Part shown: positions 8,663-18,075 of the stretch, piece after piece
How the letters are laid out: each line of letters begins with the position of its first letter
Numbering within the stretch: the first letter of the stretch is position 1
Source of the DNA: a virus
Virus record (IMG/VR): IMGVR_UViG_3300045988_170308
DNA: 39,707 bases
Direction: 5' to 3' (one strand)
Notes under the pieces: generated by a model
Database searches by the model: none
Told to the model about the DNA's origin: nothing
Seen by the model: only the letters and a program-made list of their open reading frames with translations
Position numbers and translations under genes: made by a program

Positions 8663-11600
8663 CTATGCGCCGTTCATGGCCATGACCTGTTGCCGGGCGT
8701 GCATCTCTGACCGGCGCAGGCCTTCCTCCACGTTGTTTGTTTCAATGTGATAGTGCACTTCCACCGGCGCAGATGGTTCCTCAGGTGGGTTCGGTGGGGT
8801 GCCCGTGACGGCTTGGGTGATGGCCCTAGCGTGCTGCGGATCGGCGTTGAGCATTTCCAGCAGTGGCCTGGCGTGCCTAGTTGCCGCCTCACGCACCACG
8901 AATTCACCGTTAGAAATCCATGCGGGGATGAGATCATCAGTGGGGCCACCAGGGCCTTCCACCAGGCCACCACCTGCATAGCCGTGGCCCTGACCCCACA
9001 TCGTGGTCAAATCAAAACCATAACGGCTGCGGTAGTAACGCAAGGCTGCCACCATATTCGAGAACGGATTCCGGCGGTCGTCCGGTAGCTCGGGGTCCCG
9101 GTGGGCGGCATAGGTTGCCGGAATGATCTGCAATAACCCAACCCCCGCCGATTCCCCGGACCCATTCACGTCCACGATCTGCTGGGCAATGTTCGGGTCG
9201 CCACCGGATTCTGACTGGATTTGCTTTATCACGGCGTTGACCTGGGCCGGATCGTCAGCGTTGAAGCCAACCCTGCGCATTGCCGCCATGGCCATGCCAC
9301 GCCACTGCTCAGCGCCGCCGCCTGGCACATACACATGGTCGATATCACCGTCGTCGGCTTTTGGTGCTTTGATCGGTGAGAGGCCGCCCACCAGATCCAG
9401 GCCGGTGACCTCTACCGTATCCACCTGCGGGTCGGCGTCAATCACGCTCGCTGCCGCCTGGGACAGGCTGGTGATTTCTTTCTGCTTCGCGGCGGTGCCT
9501 GAACGCTTCGATACGCTCTGGCGGGCTTTTAGCCACTGGCTATAGGCCTTCACCATCGGGATATCATCAGATATGCCAACCAGGCCCAACAGGTCCTTAG
9601 TGTGGCCTGCCGCCGCGGTCTTAGCGAAATCAGCAACAATCTCCGAAATACTGGATGGGCCATCTGATTTCGCCCCGGTCACATACGAATCCGGGTCAGA
9701 CTTACCCGACGCCCGGAACGCCTTGAGCTTATCGCCCGACGGGTCAGTGGTCTCCACAGCACTAGCAGAAGCAGCGTCGGTGTGGCCGAAATCAATATCA
9801 CCCAGGCCGCCCATGCGGGGCACCTTAATCGGGGCGAAAAACTCCGCCGGCACATGCGCATGATCTGTGTACTGGGGATGACTAGCAGGTGCCGCACCGC
9901 CGCCGAATTGGCCATTGCCGCGGCCGCCACCCATCTCCACATTTGTGCCGGACGGGAGGGTGCCACTGGTGTGGCCGCCACCCGGGCCCCCGTTATACCA
10001 GCCAATCTGCAGCGACCCAGAAGGCCCCAGGCCGGGAAGGAACCCAAGCGCACCCAGGCCTTCTTTTTCTGATGCGGTCGTGAACCTGCCGCCCCAAGGG
10101 TCGATACCCGCGGTGTAGCGGGCAATCGCCGACATGGCGCCACTACAGTCGCCCCAGTGGACGCCTCCCCACACGTAGGGTTTGCCCTCCAGGTCGGAAG
10201 CAAACGTGTCCAGGTCCTCAATGGTGATGCCGCCCTCGGCGAAGGCGCGCACATCCGTGGGGCCTAGGCTGCCCTTCGCCACCGGGGCGAAGCCCTTCCC
10301 CTTGGCATCCACCAGACTATAACCGAAGTGGTCCGCTACCGCGGCAGTAATTGCCACAGCGCGGTCACGCCGGTAGTCATTAGCCAGAGGGATGTAGGCT
10401 TCGCCGCCGGTCTCGGGCTCTGCCCATACACGCCATTCGCCACCAGCGGCGATCTGCGGAGAATGGTCTTCCCCACCAGCAGCATAACGGCGGATCGAAC
10501 CGGTGGCGTGGCGGCTAGCGCGGCTGGAGAACGGGCTGCGGATAGCGCTCAGCTTATCGCTAAACCACTCCGTGACGTTCTCCCACATGTCTTTCATGCC
10601 ATTCCACAGGCCACTGATGATGGTCTTGCCGGCATTAATTAACCAATCCTTGGCGCCCTTGAACACGTCAAGCACCAGTTGGCGGATACTCTTGACCTTT
10701 TCCACTACGGTCTTCACACCGCTCGCTACCGCGCCCGAGGCGTTATTCCACATAGCCACGAACTGGTTCACCAGCCGCTTGCCGAAATCAACGATCAGGT
10801 TAACAGCGCGGGAAATGAACTGCTGGAAACTGCTGATGATCTTCGTGATGAACTGGCTAGTCGCAGCAACCAACCGGGCTTTGAAGGAATCCCAGTTCGT
10901 CACTGCCTGCACCACAAAGTTAATGATTGCCGCCAGGACCTTCACGACGGCGCCGATGAGTTCACCGATAATAGCGATCACCGGGGCAACAGCCGTAATA
11001 ATCGTGGCGAATACCTGCACCAGACCTACAATCGCCGGCATCAGAGCCCCAATGACCCCGATTAGCGGGGAGATAATATCAAACGCCAACTTGGTGAATA
11101 CCGGGATCAGCGGAGCCACCGCATCAAAGATCTGCTGCCATGCCGCCACCATCTGCGGAAGGAACGGCATCAACTGCCCCAAATACTGCGTCACCAAATC
11201 GGCAAGCATGCCCACCAGGTCCGAGAAAATTGGGGCCAGCTGCTGAATCAGTGGGGTCAAGGCCGTAGCAGCAATTTGGATCACTGGCGCTAACGCACCT
11301 ACCACCTGGCTCAAACCCTGCGCAACCGGCACCAAGGCAGCAGTTAATAACTCGCCCAACACGGGGAGAAGCGGCGCTAGGGCGGCACCGATATCGCTCA
11401 GCAGCTGGCCAATCGGCCCCATCGCCGGAGCCAAAGCAGACAACCCATCCGCGAAACCCTGCACAAACATCTGAACACCCGGCGCGGCCTGCTGGATGAA
11501 ATCGCTGATGGCCGGCATGATCGTGGTGCCGATAGAGGTGAGGGCTGTGGATAGGATAGGCATGAGGGCGGCCAGGCCATCAGTCATGGAAGAGAAGAAC

Positions 11601-13621
11601 GACCCCAGTGCCTGCTGCCCCTGCACGCTATTGACGAACTCGTTGACCATGGATAGCACCTGGCCAAGTGGGCCCAGGGAAGACTGGCCGGCGGTGGCGG
11701 CGGCCTGGAACACACCGCTGATGATGCCGCCCACGTCAGCTAGGGTTTGGCCGATGCCTTTCAGGGTGTTGATGCCGTTTTGCACCCACTGGTCGAATTG
11801 CCCGGTTTGGGTTGCCTGGGTAAGGAATTCGCCCAGGCGGGCACCTGCCTCACCCAGATATTGGCCTAGCTGGGGCAAATATGCGGAGCTTGCTGCGCCG
11901 ATATCCACAATGGCTTGGGTGAGAGGTCCGGCAGCTTGGTTTGTGCCGGCAAACGCTTGCCGGGTGTTTTCCAGCATGGTGGCCAGTCCGGTTTGGGAAG
12001 CCTCACTGGATAGTGCTGCGATGTTTGCGCGCAGCCCAGTGTTGATTTCGCTAGCGATCCCCGCCAGGCCGGTCTTCAGCACGGGAAGCTGCACGGTCGC
12101 CAGGTTCGTGACGTCCTCAGCCAAGCCGTCGAACAGATTGTCCTGCACCGCGAATTTCAGGTCCTGCCACTGGTCGCCCAAGGCCTGCATGGCCAGCACG
12201 AACTCTTGTGCTTTCGGGGACAGGTTCGCTAGAGCTTCGGCAAAGGGATCGACGCCACCAGCGGCAGAAGACGCCCCCTTCGCCAGGTTTTCCAGGGCGT
12301 CATCGAGGCGTTCCTGGGCGACCAGCACATTTTCGTTTGCCTCTAGCAGGGCGCGCTGCGCGTCGGCTTCCCCACGGGTGGCGGCCTCGACTTTTTCCTT
12401 CGCATCCTGAACCTTCTGCGAGCCCTCGATACCGGCGTCGTTCGCTGCCTGCACGTCCTTGGCTAGCTGGTTGTTTTTCTCCCGCACTTCATCGAGGTTT
12501 TTGACCGCTTTGCGGTATGCCAGGTCAGCTTCGGCGATATCCAGGCCGGAAGAATCCTTATCGGCCTGGGCGTCAATCAGGGATTGGCGGGCGCGAGCAA
12601 CAGCCAGGACGGCTTCTTCTTCCCCTAGGGCCGCGTCTTCCAGTTCACCCTTGAGCTCTTTCAGGTCTTTGACGGCTTCTTTACGGGCGTCGTTGAGGGC
12701 GTCTTGGGCTTTCCGGGTGTTCTTCTGCGCGTCTTCTACCCGACGTTCGGCGTCTTCTACCCGACGATTGGCCTGCACCAGGCCGCGTTCGGCAGACTCC
12801 ACCTGCCGCTGGAGTTGTTTCAGCTTGTCCGCGGTATCGTCGGCTGCGCCGCCGGCGGATTTCCCCATGGCAGAAAACGCCGCACCCACGCCGCTCAGGC
12901 CGATGCCTAGAGTGGCCAAGCCTGCCGCGGCAGATGCGGCTATGCCAGGAAGCACTCCCAGCACACCGATCACGCCGGAGGCGGCGGCTGCTACAGACGC
13001 CAGGGGGCCGATACAGCCAGCCGCGGCAACGCCAATGATGCCGATGCCCGTTGCTTGAGCTGCCACCATGCCCAATGATGATGCGGCACCAGCAGCCTGC
13101 GTGGCCATGGATGACAACCCGGCCGCGGCGCCACCTGTGTCCACGTCGATCTTGGCTTTACGGTCGCGGGCGGCAGCAGCAATCTTCGCTTTCGCCGCCG
13201 CGGTATCCGCATCAACCTCAACCGTGGTGTGGCGTTTCTTAGCGGCCTGGTCGATACGCTCCTTAGCGGGGGCAGTATCAGCATCAACCTCGATAGTGAC
13301 CTTTTGCGGGCGGGTGAGATATTCGATACCCGACTTGGCGTCTGCGGTATCTGCCTCGGCCTCGATCGTGAGTTTCTGATCCCGGCCCAGCTGGGCGATC
13401 TTCCCCTTGGCTGCGGCAGCATCCACATCCACATCAATCTCAGCGGTAGGGAGATTGGCCATCTCGGCGCGCAACTGCTCCCGGAAATCACTTAAATCCG
13501 GGCGAATCTCTACACCGAATTGGGCAGTAATCCGCTCTAGCTCCGCTTTCAGGCGCTTAGAGAACCCCGAAAGATTCGGCCTGATCTCCACTTTTGCGAC
13601 ACCTGCGGTGTACTCGGCCAT
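8663..13621 (-). CDS. Tape measure protein with embedded NlpC/P60-like and lytic transglycosylase-like motifs
   Basis: About 1652 aa. N-terminal tandem repeats of type (I/V)E(V/A)DADTAxAK. Long Ala/Gly/Leu/Ile-rich hydrophobic core. NlpC/P60-like GKPYVWGGVHWGDCSG. SLT-like QSESGGDPN...GLLQIIPATY. It lies downstream of the G/T chaperones. Confidence 0.9.
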   Translation of the reverse strand: MAEYTAGVAKVEIRPNLSGFSKRLKAELERITAQFGVEIRPDLSDFREQLRAEMANLPTAEIDVDVDAAAAKGKIAQLGRDQKLTIEAEADTADAKSGIEYLTRPQKVTIEVDADTAPAKERIDQAAKKRHTTVEVDADTAAAKAKIAAAARDRKAKIDVDTGGAAAGLSSMATQAAGAASSLGMVAAQATGIGIIGVAAAGCIGPLASVAAAASGVIGVLGVLPGIAASAAAGLATLGIGLSGVGAAFSAMGKSAGGAADDTADKLKQLQRQVESAERGLVQANRRVEDAERRVEDAQKNTRKAQDALNDARKEAVKDLKELKGELEDAALGEEEAVLAVARARQSLIDAQADKDSSGLDIAEADLAYRKAVKNLDEVREKNNQLAKDVQAANDAGIEGSQKVQDAKEKVEAATRGEADAQRALLEANENVLVAQERLDDALENLAKGASSAAGGVDPFAEALANLSPKAQEFVLAMQALGDQWQDLKFAVQDNLFDGLAEDVTNLATVQLPVLKTGLAGIASEINTGLRANIAALSSEASQTGLATMLENTRQAFAGTNQAAGPLTQAIVDIGAASSAYLPQLGQYLGEAGARLGEFLTQATQTGQFDQWVQNGINTLKGIGQTLADVGGIISGVFQAAATAGQSSLGPLGQVLSMVNEFVNSVQGQQALGSFFSSMTDGLAALMPILSTALTSIGTTIMPAISDFIQQAAPGVQMFVQGFADGLSALAPAMGPIGQLLSDIGAALAPLLPVLGELLTAALVPVAQGLSQVVGALAPVIQIAATALTPLIQQLAPIFSDLVGMLADLVTQYLGQLMPFLPQMVAAWQQIFDAVAPLIPVFTKLAFDIISPLIGVIGALMPAIVGLVQVFATIITAVAPVIAIIGELIGAVVKVLAAIINFVVQAVTNWDSFKARLVAATSQFITKIISSFQQFISRAVNLIVDFGKRLVNQFVAMWNNASGAVASGVKTVVEKVKSIRQLVLDVFKGAKDWLINAGKTIISGLWNGMKDMWENVTEWFSDKLSAIRSPFSSRASRHATGSIRRYAAGGEDHSPQIAAGGEWRVWAEPETGGEAYIPLANDYRRDRAVAITAAVADHFGYSLVDAKGKGFAPVAKGSLGPTDVRAFAEGGITIEDLDTFASDLEGKPYVWGGVHWGDCSGAMSAIARYTAGIDPWGGRFTTASEKEGLGALGFLPGLGPSGSLQIGWYNGGPGGGHTSGTLPSGTNVEMGGGRGNGQFGGGAAPASHPQYTDHAHVPAEFFAPIKVPRMGGLGDIDFGHTDAASASAVETTDPSGDKLKAFRASGKSDPDSYVTGAKSDGPSSISEIVADFAKTAAAGHTKDLLGLVGISDDIPMVKAYSQWLKARQSVSKRSGTAAKQKEITSLSQAAASVIDADPQVDTVEVTGLDLVGGLSPIKAPKADDGDIDHVYVPGGGAEQWRGMAMAAMRRVGFNADDPAQVNAVIKQIQSESGGDPNIAQQIVDVNGSGESAGVGLLQIIPATYAAHRDPELPDDRRNPFSNMVAALRYYRSRYGFDLTTMWGQGHGYAGGGLVEGPGGPTDDLIPAWISNGEFVVREAATRHARPLLEMLNADPQHARAITQAVTGTPPNPPEEPSAPVEVHYHIETNNVEEGLRRSEMHARQQVMAMNGA

Positions 13622-13644
13622 GACCACCACCCCCCTTTTTTTTG

Positions 13645-14510
13645 TTAGTGGATTTCTGCTCGATCCCCAAGCAAGCCCGTGAGCAGATCATCCATGTTGG
13701 CTTTCCGCTGCTGCTGCTCCAGGCGGTCAGCCGCGGTTATTGGTCGGGGCGGCGGCGGCAGCGACGTCTCCAGGCGAGCTGTGATAGCACACAAGGCCTG
13801 GGTGAGCTCAATCAACTGCGTGAGCTTAGCTTGGGTGCCGTCCCACTCCCGCAGCGACGGGGGCGCATGCGGGTTCTCTTTCCGATCCCGCAGCACCTGC
13901 TCCGCCAAATCATCATCATCAGCGAGAGCCGCCAGATAGTGCGACCCTGGCGGCAACTGTTCTAGGAGCTCAATAAACGTCGCCCAATGCCTCACGCCGC
14001 ATAAAAAATCATCGAGGTCAATATGTAGATAGTGGTGGAAATCCCACCGAATTTCCGGCCCGTACTTGTTGATGAGGCCGGTTACATAGGGAAAGTGACT
14101 AGCTCGTCAACAATCCCCTCACCATAGAAGTGCGCTTGGATATCAATGAACACGCCAATTGCTACTTCCTCCGCGTCATCACCAACACTATTCAGAGCGG
14201 CCAGGAAACGGCGGTAGTCATCCTTGAAAAGAAGTCGCAGCACACCGGTAGCGTTGCCGGCGCGGGACATCTCCTCAATAGCGAGCCGATCGGTGTAGAC
14301 CGGCTTTTGAATCTCAATCGGTGGGGTGAACCCATACTCCTCCCCCAGCACAAACGGGTCATCGGTCACAAACGTGCGGCGGCGATGCCCAGCACGGTTT
14401 TGCATGGCCATGCCGCGGGCGCGGAATTTTTCAAACCGGTCCCCTGCCAGATCCATGGCCTGGTCGGCTTGGGGCTTTTTCGTGGTACTAGTTGTGGTTT
14501 TTCTTGGCAT
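13645..14510 (-). CDS. Tail assembly chaperone G-T fusion product (requires a -1 programmed frameshift near 14088-14094)
   Basis: The downstream frame (ORF 13645..13995 and its open upstream extension) is offset by exactly -1 from ORF 14082..14510. It is open from the slippery heptamer onward. Confidence 0.6.
14082..14510 (-). CDS. Tail assembly chaperone (gpG-like)
   Basis: 142 aa between the major tail region and the tape measure gene. The 3' end carries a slippery heptamer. Confidence 0.7.
   Translation of the reverse strand: MPRKTTTSTTKKPQADQAMDLAGDRFEKFRARGMAMQNRAGHRRRTFVTDDPFVLGEEYGFTPPIEIQKPVYTDRLAIEEMSRAGNATGVLRLLFKDDYRRFLAALNSVGDDAEEVAIGVFIDIQAHFYGEGIVDELVTFPM
14088..14094 (-). promoter_or_regulatory. 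Candidate -1 ribosomal slippery heptamer U UUC CCU
   Basis: The minus strand reads ACT TTC CCT ATG TAA. T_TTC_CCT fits X_XXY_YYZ in the zero frame, 2 codons before the stop. The -1 frame continues FPYVTGLINKYGPEIRWDF... into the T ORF. Confidence 0.5.
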
Positions 14511-14540
14511 GATTTATTTATCTCCATTCATAGGGGCGGT

Positions 14541-14575
14541 GAAAAACCGCGGTAGGCGATGGTGCTTACCGCGGT
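14541..14575 (-). terminator. Rho-independent terminator after the glycosidase-like gene (minus strand)
   Basis: 9-bp stem ACCGCGGTA / TACCGCGGT. On the minus strand it is followed by TTTTTC. Confidence 0.6.
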
Positions 14576-14602
14576 GATTGATGGGGGTTATTCGGCGGGG
14601 CT

Positions 14603-15901
14603 TTAGAGTAAGGAGCCCATCTTTGAGTAAGGGGTGACCTGCACCCGGTGGGCACCAGTGAGGGAGGTGAGTACCTGGCCTACGGACGTGGGGCTTGCCG
14701 ACCATAGCCCTAGTGCGGTGCGGATCCGCCCCGGCCACTGCCTATCCAACGCGGTAGACAATGCTGTGGCTTTCGCCTCGTCACCGGTTGTGTAGTAGGC
14801 CCACACCTGGAGCTCATCAGCAACCCGCAGCAGCTTGGAATAGTCATGGCCACTACCCACATCACCGGCCACCGGGGTGGCCCAGTTCGCGCGCACGTCC
14901 ATGATGATAGGGATTCCCCCGGTCAGGCCGCGGCAGTGGCCGATGAAATCGGCCATCTTCGTGGTCAGCCACTCCTGGTATTCCTTGCTCTCATGCGGGG
15001 TGCCATCACCCCGGCGCGGCCAGTCAGTGGCGCCAGTATCACTCTTGTATAGGGTGAGGTCGTGGGCGGAGAACGAACCGGAATCCCAGAACAGTTCGGT
15101 GATGATGATGCCATCAATCAGGTCCCCGTACTCGGCGGCAACCTGGGCAACAGCACCGCCTAGCATGTCCCGGATATCACCGGGGTTGGTGAGTGCTGCG
15201 GGTGATGGCATGTCCCGGATAGTGCCGTCCCGGGAAACAGCCTTCCACTCGGGCTGTTTCCCCAGTGTGGTGGAGATCATCATGTCCAGGGTGAGGAAAA
15301 CATTCTCGATGCCGGCACCACGAAGGGCGGTGATGGTGTCCCGGATGGGGTTTTTCCCGGCGTCGATAGACACCCGCTCTGGGTGGGCCGGCCATGGGAA
15401 AAGCGTCCATTCGGGGCGGCCCACAGCCAGGTCAATCGTGTTGTAGCCCTTCGCTATGGCCTTCTGGGCGATAGTCGCCCAGTCGCGGTCAGCCGCGTTC
15501 GAAGTGTCTTCCCACCCAACACCAATGGCTCGGGTTTTCACCCCTGCCCGGTCGGCAAGCCTGCCCCGCAGGGCAGACTGCTGTACCTGCTCCCGTACAG
15601 TGCTGGCGGGTTTTGTTTCTAGCGCGGTGAGTCGCTTAGTGATCGGCCCAAGATCAACTGGGGGTTGGGCTTTGAGGGCTTCGGTGACTGCGGTTTTGAT
15701 CGCCTGCGGGTCTACCTGCGCAGGCTGGTCTTTCAGCTTTTCCAGACTAGCAACCCGGGTTTTCAGGCTTTCACTAGCGACGGTCACAGCGTCGGCGGTG
15801 ACGTGGGCTGATTCGATGCCCTGCTCGATACGACCGAGCCGCTCCGCCGACAAAGGGGTATTAGGGTCGTTATTATTCCAGACGTTACGGGCATACGCCA
15901 T
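14603..15901 (-). CDS. Tail-fibre-like N-terminus fused to a putative TIM-barrel glycoside-hydrolase-like domain
   Basis: 432 aa with AAGGAGG 4 nt upstream of the ATG. The N-terminus YARNVWNNNDPNTPLSAERLGRIEQGIE is a common phage fibre collar motif. It is followed by coiled-coil-like sequence and then alternating beta/alpha-type sequence (GYNTIDLAVG, VFLTLDMM, GIIITELFWD, PIIMDVR, LQVWAYY). Confidence 0.45.
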   Translation of the reverse strand: MAYARNVWNNNDPNTPLSAERLGRIEQGIESAHVTADAVTVASESLKTRVASLEKLKDQPAQVDPQAIKTAVTEALKAQPPVDLGPITKRLTALETKPASTVREQVQQSALRGRLADRAGVKTRAIGVGWEDTSNAADRDWATIAQKAIAKGYNTIDLAVGRPEWTLFPWPAHPERVSIDAGKNPIRDTITALRGAGIENVFLTLDMMISTTLGKQPEWKAVSRDGTIRDMPSPAALTNPGDIRDMLGGAVAQVAAEYGDLIDGIIITELFWDSGSFSAHDLTLYKSDTGATDWPRRGDGTPHESKEYQEWLTTKMADFIGHCRGLTGGIPIIMDVRANWATPVAGDVGSGHDYSKLLRVADELQVWAYYTTGDEAKATALSTALDRQWPGRIRTALGLWSASPTSVGQVLTSLTGAHRVQVTPYSKMGSLL

Positions 15902-15972
15902 GATTCCTCCTTCTTATGGGGCGGCGGTTGGTAGGAGCCCTCGACCGGGTAGGGTGTTGTTACCGGCGAGGG

Positions 15973-16911
15973 CTAGGAGGGGTCCTTAGTGACCTCCACC
16001 GTCTTCGGGAAACCACCACCGGTGAGGTCAGTGGCGGTGATTGATGGGGCGGCGGATACCTTAGCGATCACAAAACCGGCATCCACCGTGCCGGTAGCCT
16101 CAGCCTCGTTTTCACCCAAAGCACGGAGAGCCGCCTGCACAGCCGCAGCATCCGCGTTATAGGGGATAGCAGCGGTGGTTTTCCCACTAATCGTGATGGT
16201 GTAAGTGCCGCCCGTGGCACCCTTGACGGAGAACTTGAACTTGCTATCTGAGAGCTTGTGGGCGCCAGTGATGCCCATAAGCTTCGCCAGCTCCGGGGTG
16301 AAGCCGGGGCCGGCCAGGCCGAACCCGTACATGGATCCGTACTTTTCATCTTCCTGCGCAGCCAAGGTCAGCGGGAACGTTAGCGCATCCGTTTCAGAGA
16401 AGGACTGTTTGCCACGCTTTTCGACCGTGATCTTGGGGAAAACGAAATGCGGGTAGATCTCGGCGCCTGGGTCGCCGTCCTTAGCGAGCACCAGGGCGGA
16501 GTATTCCCGCACCCGGGCAGCCCGGCGCTTCTTAGCGAAAAATCCGGTGCCCTCATCGTACTGCCCCTCCAGAAGATCGTAGAACATTTGCAGGGTTCGC
16601 CAGCGGGATTCTTGGGCAGTGAAATCAATCGTAAACGTTTCATCGGTCACGAATGTGCGGCGTCGGCCGCGGCTACCATAGCCCTCAGGGCCTTCCACCT
16701 TCGAGTCGGGGGCCAGCTCAACGCCGGCTTTTTTCTCACCTTCGCCGATTGGGAACCAGCCTTCCGGCAGCTCTAACAGCTTACCTGTGCTATCGGTGAT
16801 GCGATCTGGGATTTTAGTCCCATAGGGGCACAGCAGCAGCGCGTAGTCCAGGGCCGCAAAAAGCAGGTCATCTGTTTTATCTTTTAATTTGTAGAAATCC
16901 GTGGTGGTCAC
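15973..16911 (-). CDS. Major tail protein with C-terminal extra (Ig-like?) domain
   Basis: ORF 15973..16932 trimmed to the GTG at 16911, which has GGGAGAGGAG 6 nt upstream. It lies between the tail terminator and the chaperones. The C-terminal ~90 aa (KFSVKGATGGTYTITISGKTTAAIPYNADAAAVQAAL) looks like an appended domain. Confidence 0.7.
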   Translation of the reverse strand: MTTTDFYKLKDKTDDLLFAALDYALLLCPYGTKIPDRITDSTGKLLELPEGWFPIGEGEKKAGVELAPDSKVEGPEGYGSRGRRRTFVTDETFTIDFTAQESRWRTLQMFYDLLEGQYDEGTGFFAKKRRAARVREYSALVLAKDGDPGAEIYPHFVFPKITVEKRGKQSFSETDALTFPLTLAAQEDEKYGSMYGFGLAGPGFTPELAKLMGITGAHKLSDSKFKFSVKGATGGTYTITISGKTTAAIPYNADAAAVQAALRALGENEAEATGTVDAGFVIAKVSAAPSITATDLTGGGFPKTVEVTKDPS

Positions 16912-16979
16912 GGCTATCTCCTCTCCCCGCACGGTGCGGGCATTAAGAAAGCCCCTGGGTCTCCCGGGGGCAAGGGTTG

Positions 16980-17426
16980 TTATTTGTGGCTTCGGGGCCG
17001 GCGGATCGTGATCTCATAAAGAGCATTCACATACCTGTGGTCGGGGTTGATCCATGGTGGCATTACTGATCCCACCCGCTCAGTGATACTCACGATACGG
17101 ACCGGTACTTGCGGGTGAGTAGGGAAAACGTCTAGCATCCACGCCCTCAAGTAGCTGTTGATTTTCTGGGCGTCAGCACGGGTTTCCGCCAATACCCCAA
17201 TCTCTACGAGTGGGACATCCACCTGGTTATTGATGTCAGCAGCCCCGGTGGTGCGCTGCACCACAATCAGTGGGGCTTGCTGGATCTGGGTTTCGTAGTC
17301 GTCGGGGATCCACGTGCCCACCCATGGCTGGGGCGTCATCTGCTGGGCTACCTGGTCGAGGGCGGCCACAATGATTTGTTCAGCATCCGGCCACGGCACC
17401 AGGTCGTCAGGAATGGTAATAGTCAT
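16980..17426 (-). CDS. Tail terminator / tail completion protein
   Basis: 148 aa. It is the last connector-module gene before the major tail protein. ATGA-type overlap with the upstream gene. Confidence 0.55.
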   Translation of the reverse strand: MTITIPDDLVPWPDAEQIIVAALDQVAQQMTPQPWVGTWIPDDYETQIQQAPLIVVQRTTGAADINNQVDVPLVEIGVLAETRADAQKINSYLRAWMLDVFPTHPQVPVRIVSITERVGSVMPPWINPDHRYVNALYEITIRRPRSHK

Positions 17427-17752
17427 AGCCGCACCGCCTTAATTGTCTTACGCAGCATCGCCCGGGGCGCAACACTGCCCCGCCCATGGCGGGATTTGAC
17501 CCTGTGCCCGAACTCCACCGGCACACCATAGGGGGCGTCTATCGAGACCGTGGCCACCAGGCGCTTGCGGGCTTTACCCGTGTAGGGGCGGGCTATTTCC
17601 ACATCAACTGCGCCAGAGGATGCTAGCCGACCGGTATCCCGGGGCGCCACCGTAGCGTAGATGGCCTGCGCTAGATAGCCGGCACGGTACAAGAGCTCCT
17701 CCACCTCGGGGCCTTCCAGGTATCCTTTCATGATCCGGGGCGAAAACTTCAT
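17423..17752 (-). CDS. HK97 gp10-like neck / tail-completion protein
   Basis: 109 aa. The PRDTGRLASS motif is typical of the HK97 gp10 family. It sits in the connector module. Confidence 0.6.
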   Translation of the reverse strand: MKFSPRIMKGYLEGPEVEELLYRAGYLAQAIYATVAPRDTGRLASSGAVDVEIARPYTGKARKRLVATVSIDAPYGVPVEFGHRVKSRHGRGSVAPRAMLRKTIKAVRL

Positions 17753-17754
17753 GA

Positions 17755-18075
17755 CTATCGCACCTCCTCACAGATCACCGCGGTCCCCACAATGACGCCC
17801 TCCCTGCGGGGATGCTCCCACAACTGCGCCTCAACGACCTTGAGCTTTCTTCCGAAACCCTCAATGACGTCACCAGTACGGATATCCGGGGCCTGGCGTT
17901 TGACATATACCGTTGGTCTGGTAGTCACTACCGTCCTGCGGTCTGTATCGACCGTGGCCTGAGCCCAAGCGATTCTCGCCCCAGTGATCGTGAGAACCGG
18001 CACTGGGGCAGTCAAGTCACCAAACCTATCCCGGCTGCGGCGGAGCACTTGAATCGTGGCCACAGCCGTCACCAC
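17755..18075 (-). CDS. Head closure / head-tail joining protein
   Basis: 106 aa between the adaptor and the gp10-like gene. The call is by position. Confidence 0.5.
   Translation of the reverse strand: MVTAVATIQVLRRSRDRFGDLTAPVPVLTITGARIAWAQATVDTDRRTVVTTRPTVYVKRQAPDIRTGDVIEGFGRKLKVVEAQLWEHPRREGVIVGTAVICEEVR

Noticed and set aside
12700-12790. Tandem DNA repeat (cgtcttctacccgacg twice), checked as a possible CRISPR or minisatellite
   Set aside because: It has only two adjacent units with no spacers, and it is in frame within the tape measure gene (RRVEDAE duplication). It is a coding repeat, not a CRISPR array. No CRISPR-like array was seen anywhere in the window.
10503-13058. Long plus-strand ORFs (10503..11246, 11496..12410, 12459..13058 and others) antisense to the tape measure gene
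   Set aside because: They lie entirely inside the 1652-aa minus-strand tape measure ORF. They have low-complexity Ala/Ser/Pro/Arg-rich products typical of shadow frames in high-GC DNA, and they lack RBSs.
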